From positions 1 through 37,602 of the forward strand of contig BTVV01000056.1 in NCBI GenBank assembly GCA_045863855.1: a stretch of DNA of 37,602 bases. The letters run 5' to 3'. Shown here in pieces: positions 36,500 through 37,602 of this stretch. The position numbers and the translations under genes are program-made. The number at the start of each line of letters is the position of its first letter. The stretch's first letter is position 1. The notes below the pieces were generated by a model, which made no database searches, was not told the origin of the DNA, and was given only the letters and a program-made list of their open reading frames with translations. Origin of the DNA: Planctomycetota bacterium (lineage in GTDB: Bacteria > Planctomycetota > SZUA-567 > H5-PLA8).

Positions 36500-37267
36500 C
36501 TAACCGCCGGCCTTTTCGGCGGGTAAGTCTTCAGGCTTCAAATCGTCGGGCGGCGGCAGGTGCTGGCCATCGAGGTGAATGTGAATTTTGTCGCCTTCGC
36601 GCTTCAGGAGCTTCACGGATTCCTGCGCTTTGGGATTCTTGTGCTGGTCTTCCTGCGCTTTCTGGGCAAAGTTTCGTGCGAACCACATCACCAACGAGGG
36701 CGCTTCCTTACCGCCCATTTTCAGTTCGTCCAGCGTCACGCTTAGTTTTCGGTTCTCGACCTGCAAGTCACCCAAGGTTTCGAGATTGAGGTATTTTCCT
36801 TCCTTCTCCTGATAGATCGACCACGTGGCGCGGATCTTATCCCCCTCCGGCTGGAGATATACGTGCGCCAGCGGTTCCTTGAGGCCTTTTGCCTTCTTCT
36901 TGTCGATCTCGTGCTGTAGGAAATAGTTGAACTGCTCGAAGGTGAGATAGGTCTCGAAATCCTTCTTCTCCTGGTAGCACTGCCGGTATTGGACGACTTT
37001 CTTCCATAGGTCGGCTTGTTCGGCTGGATTCAGTTCGGTCACTACCGGCGGCAGGGCCTCGCCCTCCATGGAATCGGCGACCCAGCTAATCGAATTGTAA
37101 AATAGCACCGCGATAATGACGATGCCGAGCCCTAAAAAGCCCAGCAGGAACAGAACGTATAGCCAACAGCCCATGCCCTTTTTGGCGGGTGGCGCGGCGT
37201 TCGCGTGCGGTCCGGATGGCCCCCCCTCCGAGGAGCCGACGGGGGGCTGGGCTGTAGGTGAAGACAT
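36500..37267 (-). CDS. Hypothetical single-pass membrane protein
   Basis: KKGMGCW followed by a TM helix, RBS AGGAG, and coherent protein-like composition. Confidence 0.8.
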   Translation of the reverse strand: MSSPTAQPPVGSSEGGPSGPHANAAPPAKKGMGCWLYVLFLLGFLGLGIVIIAVLFYNSISWVADSMEGEALPPVVTELNPAEQADLWKKVVQYRQCYQEKKDFETYLTFEQFNYFLQHEIDKKKAKGLKEPLAHVYLQPEGDKIRATWSIYQEKEGKYLNLETLGDLQVENRKLSVTLDELKMGGKEAPSLVMWFARNFAQKAQEDQHKNPKAQESVKLLKREGDKIHIHLDGQHLPPPDDLKPEDLPAEKAGG

Positions 37268-37433
37268 AGGTGTAGGGCTCCTGGCGGCTCGCGAGGCATC
37301 CTACGGGTGGGCAGGGGGTGCACAAGACAAGAAATTCCTGACAGGTACGCTATGCTTTCCTGCGCTTTTCGATTCAGCGTATGAAGTACTGGCGGGTATG
37401 AAGCGTTTAAAGAGGGGAGTCTGCGAGCGCCCC

Positions 37434-37602
37434 ATGCATTCGTTCAAGCTTTCGAAGTGCCTTCGTTTTTATACGGCTATGAGCCTGCTGTTGGCTGCGT
37501 GGTTTTGCGCGGGCTTGCAAGCAGGCGAGGACGCGGACTACCGGCGCGCGCACCACCTCTACACGCTCAAAGAGTACAAGCTCGCCGTCGAAGCGCTGAA
37601 CC
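37434..37602 (+). CDS. Exported TPR-like protein (N-terminal part; runs off the window edge)
   Basis: Manual translation: MHSFKLSKCLRFYTAMSLLLAAWFCAGLQAGEDADYRRAHHLYTLKEYKLAVEALN, a signal peptide followed by a TPR-like helix pair. Confidence 0.6.
   Translation, partial: MHSFKLSKCLRFYTAMSLLLAAWFCAGLQAGEDADYRRAHHLYTLKEYKLAVEALN

Overview
GC-rich bacterial chromosomal segment with about 32 coding regions. The gene style (several Hanks kinases, FHA domains, an orphan pilin-like protein, a sulfatase-like protein, Pro-rich envelope proteins) suggests Planctomycetota/PVC, which is an inference. No rRNA, tRNA, CRISPR array or transposase was seen. Left part: an ActP-like symporter with its DUF4212 partner, an AraC regulator divergent from a PhyH-like dioxygenase, a small Ser/Thr kinase, and a Fur/PerR regulator + di-heme MauG-like protein + cupredoxin-like lipoprotein unit with a Fur/Per-like box. 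Next is a minus-strand block with a DUF6600-like protein carrying a perfect 141-bp tandem repeat, a small paralogous protein, an FHA-GAF-sigma54 activator and two fasciclin genes, plus two candidate -24/-12 promoters. Middle: a hydrolase remnant, a membrane Ser/Thr kinase, a tRNA nucleotidyltransferase, a Zn-finger membrane protein, a pilin-like protein, an HDAC-family enzyme, a ~2000-aa FHA-like/AsmA-like protein, a SurA-like PPIase and a long TonB/TolA-like protein. Right part: an M48-like peptidase, a sulfatase-like protein, moaC, moeA, a TrmH-family methyltransferase, bioD, nfo and hypotheticals. The best leads are the Fur/PerR-controlled Tyr-type MauG-like/cupredoxin pair, the FHA-sigma54 secreted-protein module, and several enzymes with altered active-site motifs. 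All family calls come from motif recognition by eye, not from database searches.
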